A stretch of DNA of 64,000 nucleotides, from assembly GCA_041661275.1 (NCBI GenBank), contig JBAZUU010000002.1, positions 33,206 through 97,205 of the forward strand, in the 5' to 3' direction. The notes below the pieces were generated by a model. The model had not been told where the DNA came from. It worked only from the letters and a program-made list of their open reading frames with translations, and made no database searches. The translations under genes and the position numbers were made by a program. This DNA comes from Parcubacteria group bacterium (GTDB taxonomy: Bacteria; Patescibacteriota; Minisyncoccia; Moranbacterales; UBA2206). Positions 38,861-49,525 of this stretch are shown one piece after another; within the stretch, counting starts at the first letter, position 1, and every line of letters starts with the position of its first letter.

Positions 38861-39499
38861 TTATTTCTTAAAAACAATAAATTTATATCCGATAAAGTTC
38901 CAGGCCAAACCAGCAATTGATCCGGCAGCCGCTCCGATTAGCCCAGCTTGATCGGCGGAAAAACCGGAAATAGCTCTGAAAACCAGGGAAGCGACGATAA
39001 CATTGACCAGAAAACCAATCATACTAACTATAAAAAACTGGATGAATTCTGTGCTTTTTCCACCTTCGACGTTAAATGTCCAGTGTTTATTCCAAAAATA
39101 ACTGTTAATATTGGCAATGATAAACGAAAGGGATTTATAAAGGGAATAATAAGTCAAAAAAGAAAACAAGATCGTTTTTGAATCGATACCAAGATATGTC
39201 CGAAAAGCAAAGGTGATGAGCGACAAAAATCCGAGATCGACAAGGACGTTGAGCACGCCAGTTACTCCGAATTTTCCCAGTTGCCAGATGACAGCTATTT
39301 TTCGACTAATCATATGAGCAATGACGAGGCCAAACGGCACGGCTAGGAAGAAAAAGGGAATAATAAACAAATTAATTTTACTATAAATATCCGGTTTGGC
39401 GGCAGAAAGGACTGGTAAAAATAAAAGACCGATAAGAAGTCCGGCAAGAAATGCAAGATAGTAGTCTTTTTTGTTCATGGGTTGTGTAGTATTTTCCAT
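38861..39499 (-). CDS. GtrA family membrane protein
   Basis: QLGKFGVTGVLNVLVD, NSYFWNKHWTF, WNFIGYKFIVF. Confidence 0.9.
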   Translation of the reverse strand: MENTTQPMNKKDYYLAFLAGLLIGLLFLPVLSAAKPDIYSKINLFIIPFFFLAVPFGLVIAHMISRKIAVIWQLGKFGVTGVLNVLVDLGFLSLITFAFRTYLGIDSKTILFSFLTYYSLYKSLSFIIANINSYFWNKHWTFNVEGGKSTEFIQFFIVSMIGFLVNVIVASLVFRAISGFSADQAGLIGAAAGSIAGLAWNFIGYKFIVFKK

Positions 39500-39518
39500 T
39501 TTGTTTTGATGTTGGTCT

Positions 39519-39620
39519 TTACTAATTACTAATCAAATACCAATATACTAATCCGTAGCGTTTTAGAGGTTAAGCCTCGGACAAGTCATTGGTATATTAG
39601 TAGAAAATTCGTAATTCGTA
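39519..39620. repeat. Periodic inverted repeat (TACTAAT/TACGAAT family) with a GAGGTTAAGCCTC palindrome in the loop
   Basis: TTACTAATTACTAATCAAATACCAATATACTAAT...ATTGGTATATTAGTAGAAAATTCGTAATTCGTA. Confidence 0.75.
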
Positions 39621-39624
39621 AAGA

Positions 39625-40341
39625 CTACCTATCTTCTTCTAATTCCTTCTTTAATTTTTCCATATCCGGCGCCCATTCGTCCAGAATGGAATCGCTGTTG
39701 TCCTTTTTTTCTGTCATTGTCTTTTCTGGTTCTGGCGCTGGTTTTTTCTTATCAGCAATAAGTTCATCAATATCCATTGGAGGGGATGATATATAATTTT
39801 TGTTATCCCGCGATTTTTGCAGAACGTTTTCAATGGCTGCCCAATCCGAATCGATGTCGCGAGAGGCGACCATCGTTACTTCATCGCCCGGCTCCACTTT
39901 GAAATAGGTGATAGAGGCGAGAAGAACTTTATAGGCTTTTCCTTCGGCGGCGACAAAATAGTTACCGTCAGCGTCTTGCGAAACTGATCCGATGAGTCTT
40001 TTCCGCTCGACCGGTCCAATTTGTTTATAAATAAAAGACCCGTCTGGCGTAATGGTCAGTTTGAGCATGTCGCCTTCGACTAATTTTGATTTAGAAGCAT
40101 AATTGGCCGGCACCGGATATTGCTTTCCGTCCGTGCCGATCATAATTTGTCCGTCAAAAGTGCCTTCAATAACTTTGCCGTCTTCTTCATTGCCGTCACT
40201 CTTTCTTTTTCGTCCAACTTTTTTCTTTCCTTCGAGTTGCAAAAGCATAGCCTTTGCCCCCTGCAAAGTTTTTTCAGCGTTATAGATCATCTCACGCAAC
40301 GCCTGAACCTTTTCGTTAGTTTTATCGTTCTTTTCCTCCAT
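39625..40341 (-). CDS. Hypothetical protein
   Basis: Long clean ORF with IEGTFDGQ.M...DGKQYPVPANYASKSKLVEGD core. Confidence 0.8.
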   Translation of the reverse strand: MEEKNDKTNEKVQALREMIYNAEKTLQGAKAMLLQLEGKKKVGRKRKSDGNEEDGKVIEGTFDGQIMIGTDGKQYPVPANYASKSKLVEGDMLKLTITPDGSFIYKQIGPVERKRLIGSVSQDADGNYFVAAEGKAYKVLLASITYFKVEPGDEVTMVASRDIDSDWAAIENVLQKSRDNKNYISSPPMDIDELIADKKKPAPEPEKTMTEKKDNSDSILDEWAPDMEKLKKELEEDR

Positions 40342-40571
40342 TTTTATTTATTTTTTTATTTGTGTTGTAACCTTATCTAAATTATACAATCACAAATATT
40401 AATTAGCAAGTGGGTATAACCATACCAATGTTTATTACACTTAAAAACACTTTTTATTTACAAATGAAATATAGACGTACGCCATTTGTATCTATAATAA
40501 GCAATAAATTAAAAAACAAATCAGACCCCTTGTATATTTTACGATTAAAAATTACTTAGGGACGCAAAAAC

Positions 40572-41135
40572 ATGTACACAAAAAAAGACTATTCGCGCCT
40601 CCTCGGAACACCAGGCTTTTCGGAAAAAGCCCTGGAAACGCATTTTGCCCTTTATGAAGGATATGTGACTAATACTAATAGAATTTTGGAAGAACTAGGG
40701 GAATATAAAGGCGATTCTATCCAATACGCAGAAATGAAAAGAAGATTGGGCTGGGAATTTGATGGTATGCGGCTCCATGAATATTATTTCGATTCAATGG
40801 GTGGAAACAAGGAGCTCGATAAAAACAGCAAATTATATCAAACGCTGGAAAAAGAGTTTGGCAGTTTCGAAGAATGGCAGAACGATTTTATCTCTACCGG
40901 AAAAATGCGCGGCATCGGCTGGGTCATTCTCTATCAGGATCCGACCAATAACAAATTGATGAATTTCTGGATCAATGAACATAACGACGGCCATCCAACA
41001 GGACTTAATCTGATTCTAAATATGGATGTTTTCGAACACGCTTTTATGATTGACTACGGAAAAGATAAGGCGAGTTATATTGATGCCTATATGAAAACGA
41101 TCAATTGGGAAGAGGTGGAAGAAAGGCTGAAGTAG
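40572..41135 (+). CDS. Fe/Mn superoxide dismutase family protein
   Basis: H..LYEGYV, LHEYYF, GIGW, MDVFEHAFMIDY. Confidence 0.9.
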   Translation: MYTKKDYSRLLGTPGFSEKALETHFALYEGYVTNTNRILEELGEYKGDSIQYAEMKRRLGWEFDGMRLHEYYFDSMGGNKELDKNSKLYQTLEKEFGSFEEWQNDFISTGKMRGIGWVILYQDPTNNKLMNFWINEHNDGHPTGLNLILNMDVFEHAFMIDYGKDKASYIDAYMKTINWEEVEERLK

Positions 41136-41204
41136 GTTACGGGATTGCTATTTATAGCCGATGGGTTACAATTAAATAAGCTTATGTCCTGGGGGTAAAA
41201 AACC

Positions 41205-41642
41205 ATGGACGCGCGTCGGATCATCGCTCATATCTGGATGTTTATCCTAATAATGTTAGGGGTGGTGTCGGCTTTTTTGTTTGTTCCATCGATTGTTCTT
41301 CTCTCCCGACAAAACAGTTATTATCTAAGCTTAATATTCGTTCCTTTTGTTGCCTTTGTTCTCTATAATTTTGTCAGCGCTTTTTATTATCGTTTGAAAT
41401 CGCACATCAATTCCGATAATTTAGAAAAGTTGTCTGGAGAGAAGGCTTTCGGTCGGATGGTTCATCCCACTTGCACTACTTTAGCGATTCTCTCTTGGGG
41501 CGCTTTCATTTATTTTCCAAACTTAAAAATATTTATGGCTAATGTTTGGATATCTGTGGTGGTTTTTTCCTGGATAAAAATGGAAAAAAACGCGTATTCT
41601 GAAAGACCTAGTCGATCGATAAATGACACTTCGGGGCCATAG
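41205..41642 (+). CDS. Hypothetical membrane protein
   Basis: About four hydrophobic segments. Confidence 0.7.
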   Translation: MDARRIIAHIWMFILIMLGVVSAFLFVPSIVLLSRQNSYYLSLIFVPFVAFVLYNFVSAFYYRLKSHINSDNLEKLSGEKAFGRMVHPTCTTLAILSWGAFIYFPNLKIFMANVWISVVVFSWIKMEKNAYSERPSRSINDTSGP

Positions 41643-41724
41643 AGTTGCTTTTTATTAATTTTTATGCTAGGCTTAACTTTAGTTTTGCTAACATTTCTGC
41701 TGAACTTCAGCAGTTTTTATATTT

Positions 41725-43509
41725 ATGCAGATACGTAACATTGCTATTATTGCTCACGTCGACCATGGGAAAACCACTCTGACTGATGCCATTATGAAGG
41801 AGACCGGCATCTCAAAGGAAGGGGCGACTATGGATTCCAACGCTCTAGAACAAGAGCGTGGTATTACGATTTACGCTAAAAATACTTCTATCTTCTACAA
41901 AGATACAAAGATTAATATCGTGGACACTCCCGGGCACGCTGATTTTGGTTCGGAAGTAGAGCGGGTTTTGCGATCGATTGATTCGGTAGTTCTGGTTGTG
42001 GACGCCCAGGAAGGCCCGATGCCACAAACACGATTTGTTCTCAAAAAATCCTTGGAGTTGGGATTGAAACCGATTGTTGTTATAAACAAAATCGATAAAC
42101 CAGCGGCTGATCCCGACTGGGTCCAGGAAAAAGTTTTTGAGCTGTTCTTGGATCTGGGCGGAAACGATGAGCAACTAGACTTCACTACTGTCTATGCTAT
42201 TGCCAAGCAGGGGATAGCCAAGATGCACCTGGATGATGAATCAACTGATCTCACGCCGCTTCTAGATACAATTCTCGCGCATGTTGCGCCAGCGCCGGAC
42301 AACAGTGAAATGCAGCTGCGCGCGCAGCCGTTCAATCTTGGATATGATAATTTTTTGGGACGCCTCGCAGTATCTCGAATTTATGAAGGAAAAATAAAAG
42401 TCGGAGATAATTTGACGATAAAAAATCCGGACGGAAACACCAGGATCGGACGAGTGACAAAATTATATATTTTTCACGGTATTGAAAAAAAGGAAGTGGA
42501 AGAGGCGCTGGCTGGAGACATCGTGATGATTGCCGGATTTCCGGATATCGAGATCGGCGAAACTTTTTGCGCGGACGCATCACAGGAGGCATTGCCGGCC
42601 ATTTCTATTGATGAGCCGACGATAACTTTGCGATTTTTGGTGAATGATTCTCCTTTTGCCGGGCGAGAAGGAAAATTTGTGACCGGACAACAGATTCGTG
42701 AAAGATTGCAAAAAGAATTGGAAATAAATGTAGGGCTGAAAGTAGATTTTTCATCGAATGATCATTTGACAGTTTCAGGACGAGGAGAATTACACATCGC
42801 GATACTTCTGGAGAATATGCGACGCGAGGGATATGAAGTTCAGGTGTCACAGCCAAAAGTTATTATCAAAGAAATTGATGGAAAAAAACACGAGCCATTC
42901 GAAGAAGTGACTATCGATGTGCCAAGTTCAGTCAGTGGCACGGTCATTGAAGCTCTTGGAACAAGAAAGGGCATTATGACTAATATGGAAACCAAAGGCA
43001 GTCAGACGAGAATCCTGTTCGAAGCGCCGACGCGCGGACTTCTTGGATATCGCGGACAATTCATGGTGGAAACAAAAGGCGAAGGAATTTTGTGTTCACG
43101 CATGAACGGTTTTCGGCCATATGTGGGCGAAATTAAGAGAAAAGATGTCGGTTCGATGGTTTCTATGGCGACAGGAAAAGCTTTGGGATTTTCTCTGGCT
43201 AACCTTCAAGAAAGAGGCGTTCTATACATCAACGCCGCCGAAGAAGTTTATGAAGGAATGGTTATTGGAAACGTCACCAAAGGAAATGAAATGGCCGTCA
43301 ATCCTATCAAAGGAAAACAAATGAGCAATATGCGTTCTTCCGGCGCAGATGCCGCTATCCATCTCACTCCGCCGATGACAATTTCCATTGAACGGGGATT
43401 GGAAGTGATGAATGAAGATGAATATCTAGAAGTTACTCCCGGATCAGTCCGCCTTCGAAAACAGTATCTTACCGAGAACGACAGAGTAAAAGCGGCGAGG
43501 AAAAAATAA
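41725..43509 (+). CDS. typA: Translational GTPase TypA/BipA
   Basis: [40 protein letters not shown]. Confidence 0.97.
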   Translation: MQIRNIAIIAHVDHGKTTLTDAIMKETGISKEGATMDSNALEQERGITIYAKNTSIFYKDTKINIVDTPGHADFGSEVERVLRSIDSVVLVVDAQEGPMPQTRFVLKKSLELGLKPIVVINKIDKPAADPDWVQEKVFELFLDLGGNDEQLDFTTVYAIAKQGIAKMHLDDESTDLTPLLDTILAHVAPAPDNSEMQLRAQPFNLGYDNFLGRLAVSRIYEGKIKVGDNLTIKNPDGNTRIGRVTKLYIFHGIEKKEVEEALAGDIVMIAGFPDIEIGETFCADASQEALPAISIDEPTITLRFLVNDSPFAGREGKFVTGQQIRERLQKELEINVGLKVDFSSNDHLTVSGRGELHIAILLENMRREGYEVQVSQPKVIIKEIDGKKHEPFEEVTIDVPSSVSGTVIEALGTRKGIMTNMETKGSQTRILFEAPTRGLLGYRGQFMVETKGEGILCSRMNGFRPYVGEIKRKDVGSMVSMATGKALGFSLANLQERGVLYINAAEEVYEGMVIGNVTKGNEMAVNPIKGKQMSNMRSSGADAAIHLTPPMTISIERGLEVMNEDEYLEVTPGSVRLRKQYLTENDRVKAARKK

Positions 43510-43511
43510 TC

Positions 43512-43547
43512 ACTTAGACATTCGATGTCTAAGTAGAGATGTCTAAG
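43512..43547. repeat. REP-like palindrome plus partial copy
   Basis: ACTTAGACAT-tcg-ATGTCTAAGT followed by GATGTCTAAG. Confidence 0.7.
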
Positions 43548-43637
43548 CAAAAAATAAATCTTTTAGAAAAAATTAAAATCCCAGAGAGGAATAGATCCTT
43601 CCGGGATTTTTTATTTGTGTTTGAAATACTACACCAA

Positions 43638-43937
43638 CTATATGACCTCGTAGACGTGCCTCTCAGGGGTTGAATAATCCAACTCCCTGAGTTTTTGATT
43701 GAGATTTAAATCTTTGGCCACCCGTTCGGGTTGCCATTGATTACCATCTTCAGTTTGAAACAGGGGAACACCGGAAAATTTTTCCGCCCTTAGTTTCAGG
43801 GAAATCATCTGTTTGCTGTTGCCCTGCGGACGGAATATCCGGGCGCGGGGGATTATTTGCAGTTCATTCTTGTAGATGCAAACAATGTCCCCTTGTGCCA
43901 GTGACGAAAGTTGGTCATCAGGCAGATATATGAGCAT
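43638..43937 (-). CDS. Stand-alone hypothetical protein
   Basis: AAAGGAG SD, TTGACT-17-TAAGAT promoter (44031-44003), terminator about 43576-43612. Confidence 0.7.
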   Translation of the reverse strand: MLIYLPDDQLSSLAQGDIVCIYKNELQIIPRARIFRPQGNSKQMISLKLRAEKFSGVPLFQTEDGNQWQPERVAKDLNLNQKLRELDYSTPERHVYEVI

Positions 43938-44116
43938 AGATCTTCTCCTTTTGGCCTCTTTAGGCTCGTATGTGGTTAACGTTTTTTCAGGTACGAAGCA
44001 TAATCTTATATCAATTTTTACAAAAAGTCAAGCCGTTGTGGATACAGTGTGTATAACTTTTCCGTTGGTGGCTTATCTAAGCCATTTTTTGTTTTTTTAA
44101 AATTAAAGCAAAAGTG

Positions 44117-44179
44117 TTGACGGCTGTATCTTGGTGGGATAGAATAGAGAGGTAGTAAATAAAAGTGGGGGGAAGTGGT
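44117..44179 (+). promoter_or_regulatory. mraZ promoter with MraZ-type GTGG boxes
   Basis: TTGACG-17-TAGAAT; GTGGG 44134, GTGGG 44165, GTGGT 44175; DnaA-box-like sites at 44037-44056. Confidence 0.7.
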
Positions 44180-44217
44180 AAATTAAAAATACAAGCACCT
44201 CCGCCTTTTGCGTCCTT

Positions 44218-44652
44218 ATGTTTATAGGCGAATACCAGCATTCTATCGATCCGAAAAAAAGATTGGCTTTGCCATCACGTTTTCGGGGTGAGCTGAAAAA
44301 TAAAGTTGTTGTCACTCGTGGATTGGATAAGTGTCTGTTCGTATATCCTTTAAAAGTGTGGGAAGAGATTGCTGGAAAACTGGGAACACTGCCGGTCGGA
44401 GAATCAGCGACAAGAAGCTTTATCCGCCTGCAACTCTCCGGAGCGATCGATTGTGAAATTGACAAGCAGGGGAGGATTCTCATTCCAGATTTTCTCAAAA
44501 ATTATGCCGGACTCGATAGGGAAATTATAGTTGCCGGAGTATATAATCGTTTGGAAATTTGGGATGAGAAGAAATGGGCTGAGTATAAAAATAATGCAGA
44601 GAAAAATTCTGACGAAATAGCGGAACAACTCGGGAAATTGGGAGTTTATTAA
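44218..44652 (+). CDS. mraZ: Division/cell wall cluster regulator MraZ
   Basis: MFIGEYQHSIDPKKRLALP, IDKQGRILIP. Confidence 0.97.
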   Translation: MFIGEYQHSIDPKKRLALPSRFRGELKNKVVVTRGLDKCLFVYPLKVWEEIAGKLGTLPVGESATRSFIRLQLSGAIDCEIDKQGRILIPDFLKNYAGLDREIIVAGVYNRLEIWDEKKWAEYKNNAEKNSDEIAEQLGKLGVY

Positions 44653-44659
44653 AAATATT

Positions 44660-45676
44660 ATGACGAAACACACGCCAGTATTGCTTGGGGAGGCAATAAG
44701 GCAACTCAACTTAAAAGGGGGCGATGTGGTTATTGATGCAACACTAGGCGGCGGCGGACACAGCTACGAAGTCCTTAATAAAATAGGTAGAGAGGGAACT
44801 CTGATTGCATTTGATCTGGATATTGAAGCGATAAAGAGGTTCGCGGAAATCCCAAGTACCAAATCCCAAACACCAAACCTTGCCTACCGGCAGGCAGGTA
44901 AATCACAATCCGTCAGCTGGCGGACAAATCCCAAAATCCAAAAAGTAGGAAATGCATATTTGGTAAATGAGAATTTTGCGGAGCTGAAGAATGTCTTAGC
45001 TGAAATCGGAATTGAAAAAATTGATGCGATTTTGGCGGATTTAGGATGGAGCTCTGATCAGATAGAAAATCCTGAATTTGGAATGAGTTTTATGCGGGAG
45101 GGAGTACTGGATATGCGATATGACAGAAATCAGGAACTGACGGCGAAGAAAATAGTCAATGAGTATTCGCAAAAAGATTTGGAAAAAATAATCGAAAGAT
45201 ACGGGGAAGAAAGGTTTGCCAAAAATATTGCTAAAAGAATAATTGAATACAGAAAAAACCATACTATTGAGACAACTACCCAGCTGGCAGATATTGTGAA
45301 AAACGCCGTTCCTCCGAAAAATAGGTACGGAAAAATTGATCCAGCGACCAGAACTTTTCAAGCGTTGCGGATAGAAACGAACAAAGAATTAGAAAATTTA
45401 GAAAAATTCATACCGGTGGCAATCGACATACTAAATCCGGAAGGACGACTGGCCATTATCACATTTCATTCATTAGAGGACAGAATAGTTAAAAGTATAT
45501 TTCGGGAAAACGCAGGGGGATGTGTTTGCCCGAGTGATTTTCCGCAATGTGTGTGCGGAAAAAAGCCGAAAGTTAAGCTAATAACAAAAAAGCCAATAGC
45601 GCCGGAAAGCGAAGAGGTGTTTTCCAACCCTCGCGCCCGGAGCGCTAGATTGAGAGTGGTAGAAAAAGAAAAATAA
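44660..45676 (+). CDS. rsmH: 16S rRNA m4C1402 methyltransferase, with in-frame repeat insert
   Basis: HTPVLL, DATLGGGGHS, LDMR, ATRTFQALRI, FHSLEDR, NPRARSARLR. Confidence 0.97.
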   Translation: MTKHTPVLLGEAIRQLNLKGGDVVIDATLGGGGHSYEVLNKIGREGTLIAFDLDIEAIKRFAEIPSTKSQTPNLAYRQAGKSQSVSWRTNPKIQKVGNAYLVNENFAELKNVLAEIGIEKIDAILADLGWSSDQIENPEFGMSFMREGVLDMRYDRNQELTAKKIVNEYSQKDLEKIIERYGEERFAKNIAKRIIEYRKNHTIETTTQLADIVKNAVPPKNRYGKIDPATRTFQALRIETNKELENLEKFIPVAIDILNPEGRLAIITFHSLEDRIVKSIFRENAGGCVCPSDFPQCVCGKKPKVKLITKKPIAPESEEVFSNPRARSARLRVVEKEK

Positions 45677-45724
45677 ACAAAAAATCTAAATTAGTAAATT
45701 AATTTTCAGGGGGACTGGGAATTA

Positions 45725-46159
45725 ATGTCCAGAATTATTACAGCCAATAGCTTTAGTTTTAACGTTGCGGGCAGTTCTGACCTCAAAATGAGAAAGAGGG
45801 TAAGATCAAGCGGCCGCGTTTTGACCATGAACGGCAAAAAAACAACCAGGACGATGGGAACAAATTTGGGCGACGCAGGACGAAGCCTTATTAGTGTTTG
45901 TTTTATTCTGACGGTCGGGGTTGTGATGCTCGGAGCATACTATCTCTATCAAGTGAATGATCTGGCTACCAAAAGTTATGAGATGAAAGATATGGAAGTA
46001 AGAATTCAGCAGTTGCAAAAAGAGGGCAAAAAGATGCAGATTAGAGAAGTGGAACTGCGCTCGATGTATAATCTGGAAAAAGCAACCGAAAATCTCGATC
46101 TGGTCAACGCCCAGAATGTTATATATTTAGAAATGAAAAGTCCGGTGGCTATGAAATAG
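45725..46159 (+). CDS. FtsL-like cell division protein
   Basis: TM plus coiled coil, located between rsmH and ftsI. Confidence 0.7.
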   Translation: MSRIITANSFSFNVAGSSDLKMRKRVRSSGRVLTMNGKKTTRTMGTNLGDAGRSLISVCFILTVGVVMLGAYYLYQVNDLATKSYEMKDMEVRIQQLQKEGKKMQIREVELRSMYNLEKATENLDLVNAQNVIYLEMKSPVAMK

Positions 46160-46165
46160 ATTAAA

Positions 46166-46289
46166 TTAGAAAATAGTTGATTAGAAACTGGAAAATAGTT
46201 CAGGAAAATGGAGATTAGAAAATAGATATCCTGTTTCCAATTTCTTTTTTCTTAAACCAATTTCTATTTTCCATTCAACTAATTTCTAA
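46166..46289. repeat. Heptamer-periodic inverted repeat (TAGTTGA/GAAAAT family), copy 3
   Basis: TTAGAAAATAGTTGATTAGAAACTGGAAAATAGTTCAGGAAA...TTCTTAAACCAATTTC..CCATTCAACTAATTTCTAA. Confidence 0.8.
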
Positions 46290-46299
46290 AACGAAAGAG

Positions 46300-48195
46300 A
46301 TGCCTAGAGCGATTAAAAACGGCAAAAATAATCGCGGCCGAGAATCCAAGGATACGGATTGCCAAAATTCCAGCCCGAGAATCAGTATTCTGGCTTTTTT
46401 TATTTTCGCGGTAACCGTTACTATTCTGGGCAAACTATATTTCCTGCAGGTAGTGTCATATTCTTCCTATCGGGCGCTGGCGGACGAACAACATTCTCTG
46501 TTCAAAAAACTAGTTCCAAAACGTGGAGAGATATATCTCCGTGATAAAAATAGCCTTTACCCGGTAGCGCTTAATCGAGATATCAAGATGGCCTATGCCG
46601 TTCCCAAAGAAATTGAAAATTCTGGCGAAGCGACGGATAAAATTTCTCGGATCCTCGGGCTTGACTACGGTGAAACATATCAGAAACTTAACCAGCCGGA
46701 GGATATGTATGAGGTTCTAAAACATAAACTGTCTGATGAAGAAGCAGAAAATATAAAAAATACTAAAATTAAAGGAATATATCTGACGGACGAAACTTTC
46801 CGTTATTATCCGGCCGGAGAATTGGCTTCACACGTCTTGGGTTTTGTCGGCTGGAAAGACAATGAATTTGGTGGACGATATGGTTTGGAAAAATATCTGG
46901 ATTCGGAACTGCGAGGACGTGAAGGAAATATTTTTACCACGAAAGATAATTCCGGACGCCATATAACACTAGGAGAAAAGGAAATCGATTATGCCAAAGA
47001 CGGAGATTCTCTGGTTTTGACCATAGATCATATCGTTCAATATGAAACGGAAAAGATCCTAAAAAGTGCCGTTTCTAAATTCGAAGCCCAAAGAGGAACG
47101 ATGATAGTGATGGAGGCAGGTACGGGAAAAATTTTGGCTCTGGCCAGTTACCCGAGCTTTAATCCTAATGATTTTGGAACAGTGGACAATATGGAAGCTT
47201 TCAGGAATCTGGCAGTTTCTGACGCCTATGAACCCGGATCCGTTTTCAAGACTTTTACTCTGGCTTCGGCTATTGACGCGGGAAAGATAAATCCCGACAC
47301 TACTTATGTCGATACTGGTACCGTCACCGAAGCTGGTTATTCTATAAAAAACTCCGATCTGAAAGCCAATGGTACACAGACAATGACTAATGTTTTGGAA
47401 AAATCATTAAATACCGGGGTGATTTTTGCTGAAAAAGCTTTGGGCAATAAAAATTTTGCTGACTATATGGAACGTTTTGGTTTTGGAACTCCAACTGGAG
47501 TGGATATGTTTGGAGAAGCGACAGGAAATATCAATAATTTAAAAAACCTGAAAAGCAATATTCAGTTTTTTACCGCCGCGTTTGGACAGGGGATAACAGT
47601 GACGCCGATCCAGTTAATTGCCGCCTATAATTCCATTGCCAGTGGTGGAGTATTGTATAAACCACAAATTATAGATAAAATAATCCATCCGGATGGATCC
47701 GAAGAAGATGTCCAACCGCAGGAGGTACGAAGGGCGATCTCGACCGAAACTGCCTATACGGTCGGAAAGATGTTGGAAAGCGTTGTGGTTAATGGCCACG
47801 GAAAAAGAGCGGGCGTTCCCGGATACAGGGTGGGAGGAAAAACCGGAACGGCGCAAGTGGCCAGCAGTTCATCAAAGGGTTACGAAGACGGAAAAAGCAT
47901 CGGGTCATTTGCCGGATATGCTCCTGTAGATAATCCGAAATATACTATTCTCATTAGAATGGATGATCCCAAAACTGTCGAATGGGCGGAATCAAGCGCC
48001 GCGCCGGCCTTTGGGGAACTAATGAAATTTTTGCTGGATTATGGCGGAATAGAACCAACTGAAAACTATACCCAGAAAGATATTGATGTTTGGAACGCGA
48101 CACATACCCTGAAAGCTGATTTTGCCAAAAAAGAAGAAGCAAGAAAGGAAGAAGAGAAGAAGAACGAAGAAAAAAATAAGGATAAAAATAATTAG
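46300..48195 (+). CDS. ftsI: Class B penicillin-binding protein (FtsI/PBP3)
   Basis: KRGEIY, RYYP, EPGSVFK, SLN, GKTGTAQ. Confidence 0.92.
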   Translation: MPRAIKNGKNNRGRESKDTDCQNSSPRISILAFFIFAVTVTILGKLYFLQVVSYSSYRALADEQHSLFKKLVPKRGEIYLRDKNSLYPVALNRDIKMAYAVPKEIENSGEATDKISRILGLDYGETYQKLNQPEDMYEVLKHKLSDEEAENIKNTKIKGIYLTDETFRYYPAGELASHVLGFVGWKDNEFGGRYGLEKYLDSELRGREGNIFTTKDNSGRHITLGEKEIDYAKDGDSLVLTIDHIVQYETEKILKSAVSKFEAQRGTMIVMEAGTGKILALASYPSFNPNDFGTVDNMEAFRNLAVSDAYEPGSVFKTFTLASAIDAGKINPDTTYVDTGTVTEAGYSIKNSDLKANGTQTMTNVLEKSLNTGVIFAEKALGNKNFADYMERFGFGTPTGVDMFGEATGNINNLKNLKSNIQFFTAAFGQGITVTPIQLIAAYNSIASGGVLYKPQIIDKIIHPDGSEEDVQPQEVRRAISTETAYTVGKMLESVVVNGHGKRAGVPGYRVGGKTGTAQVASSSSKGYEDGKSIGSFAGYAPVDNPKYTILIRMDDPKTVEWAESSAAPAFGELMKFLLDYGGIEPTENYTQKDIDVWNATHTLKADFAKKEEARKEEEKKNEEKNKDKNN

Positions 48196-48198
48196 CCT

Positions 48199-49521
48199 AT
48201 GAATGATAAACCAAAAAAATTAGTATATCTGGAAAAAATCCTTCGTCTGATGGCTGTTTTGGTGTTGAAAAAATACCACCCTCGCATCATTGGTATCACC
48301 GGATCAGTGGGAAAAACTTCAGCCAAAGAAGCTATTTTCACAGTTTTAGCGAGTCATGGAAGTGTCAGAAAGAATGAAAAAAACTACAACAATGAAATAG
48401 GCCTGCCACTGACTATTATCGGGACAGAAACAGGCGGAGATTCTCTGGCTGGTTGGATGAGAGTATTTTTGAAATGGACCGGTCTTGTTGCATACCCTGC
48501 AAAATATCCGGAATTTCTGATTTTGGAAATTGCCGCTGACCGGCCAGGCGATGTTAAGTATCTGGTTGATTTTGTGAAACCTGAACTTGGTGTTATCACC
48601 GACATATCCGGAAGCCATTTGGAATTTTTTAAAACTTTGGAAGGAATAACAAAAGAAAAAGGATATCTGGCCAAAAATGTAAAAGAAAATGGCGCGGCTA
48701 TTCTTAATATCGACAATCCTCAACTGAAAAAATTGAAAAACGAAACAAAATCGAGAGTGCTAACATTTGGATTTGGAGAGGAAGCGGATATTCGAGCCAC
48801 TGATGTTCTGTATAACTATGCGTCCAATGAGCAAAACGGAAATAGAGAATTGAAAGGATTGAGCTTTAAGTTAAATTACAAAGGAACATCAATGCCGATG
48901 CGGCTCAATAATATTTTGGCGGAACACAGCATCTATTCGGCTCTGGCCGGAGTGGCCGTGGGGATTGAGATGGGTTTGAATCTTGTGGAAATAGGGAAGG
49001 CTCTCGAAAATTTTTCTTTGCCGTCGGGTCGCATGAATCTTATCCGCGGAATAAAAAACACTATTCTTATCGACGATACCTATAATGCATCTCCGGTTTC
49101 CACTGCGGCGGCTCTTAAAGTTTTCAAAAGCATTGAAGCTAAAAGAAAAATCGCAGTTCTCGGCGATATGCTGGAACTGGGAATAAACACTGAACCAGGG
49201 CACAGGGAAGTGGCCAGGGAATTCTTGGCGTCTGGCGGAAATATTTTTATGGCAGTAGGCCGTCGAATGGAGCAGGCAATAGACGAACTCAAAAAACATA
49301 ACATCGATGAAAACAGAATTTTCCATTTCAGATCGCCAATGGAAGCCGGACTTAAACTTCAAGAAATCATGCATGAGGGTGATTTAATCCTGATTAAAGG
49401 GTCGCAGGGAATGAGAATGGAAAAGATCGTGGAAGAGGTGATGGCCGAACCTCTACGCGCTCCGCAACTTCTTTGTCGTCAGGATGAGAAATGGAGGAAG
49501 AAGGAGTGGAAGGAAGTCTAA
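48199..49521 (+). CDS. murF: UDP-MurNAc-tripeptide D-Ala-D-Ala ligase
   Basis: GITGSVGKT, NNEIGLPLT, DDTYNASP, LGDMLELG, IKGS. Confidence 0.95.
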   Translation: MNDKPKKLVYLEKILRLMAVLVLKKYHPRIIGITGSVGKTSAKEAIFTVLASHGSVRKNEKNYNNEIGLPLTIIGTETGGDSLAGWMRVFLKWTGLVAYPAKYPEFLILEIAADRPGDVKYLVDFVKPELGVITDISGSHLEFFKTLEGITKEKGYLAKNVKENGAAILNIDNPQLKKLKNETKSRVLTFGFGEEADIRATDVLYNYASNEQNGNRELKGLSFKLNYKGTSMPMRLNNILAEHSIYSALAGVAVGIEMGLNLVEIGKALENFSLPSGRMNLIRGIKNTILIDDTYNASPVSTAAALKVFKSIEAKRKIAVLGDMLELGINTEPGHREVAREFLASGGNIFMAVGRRMEQAIDELKKHNIDENRIFHFRSPMEAGLKLQEIMHEGDLILIKGSQGMRMEKIVEEVMAEPLRAPQLLCRQDEKWRKKEWKEV

Positions 49522-49525
49522 AGCT

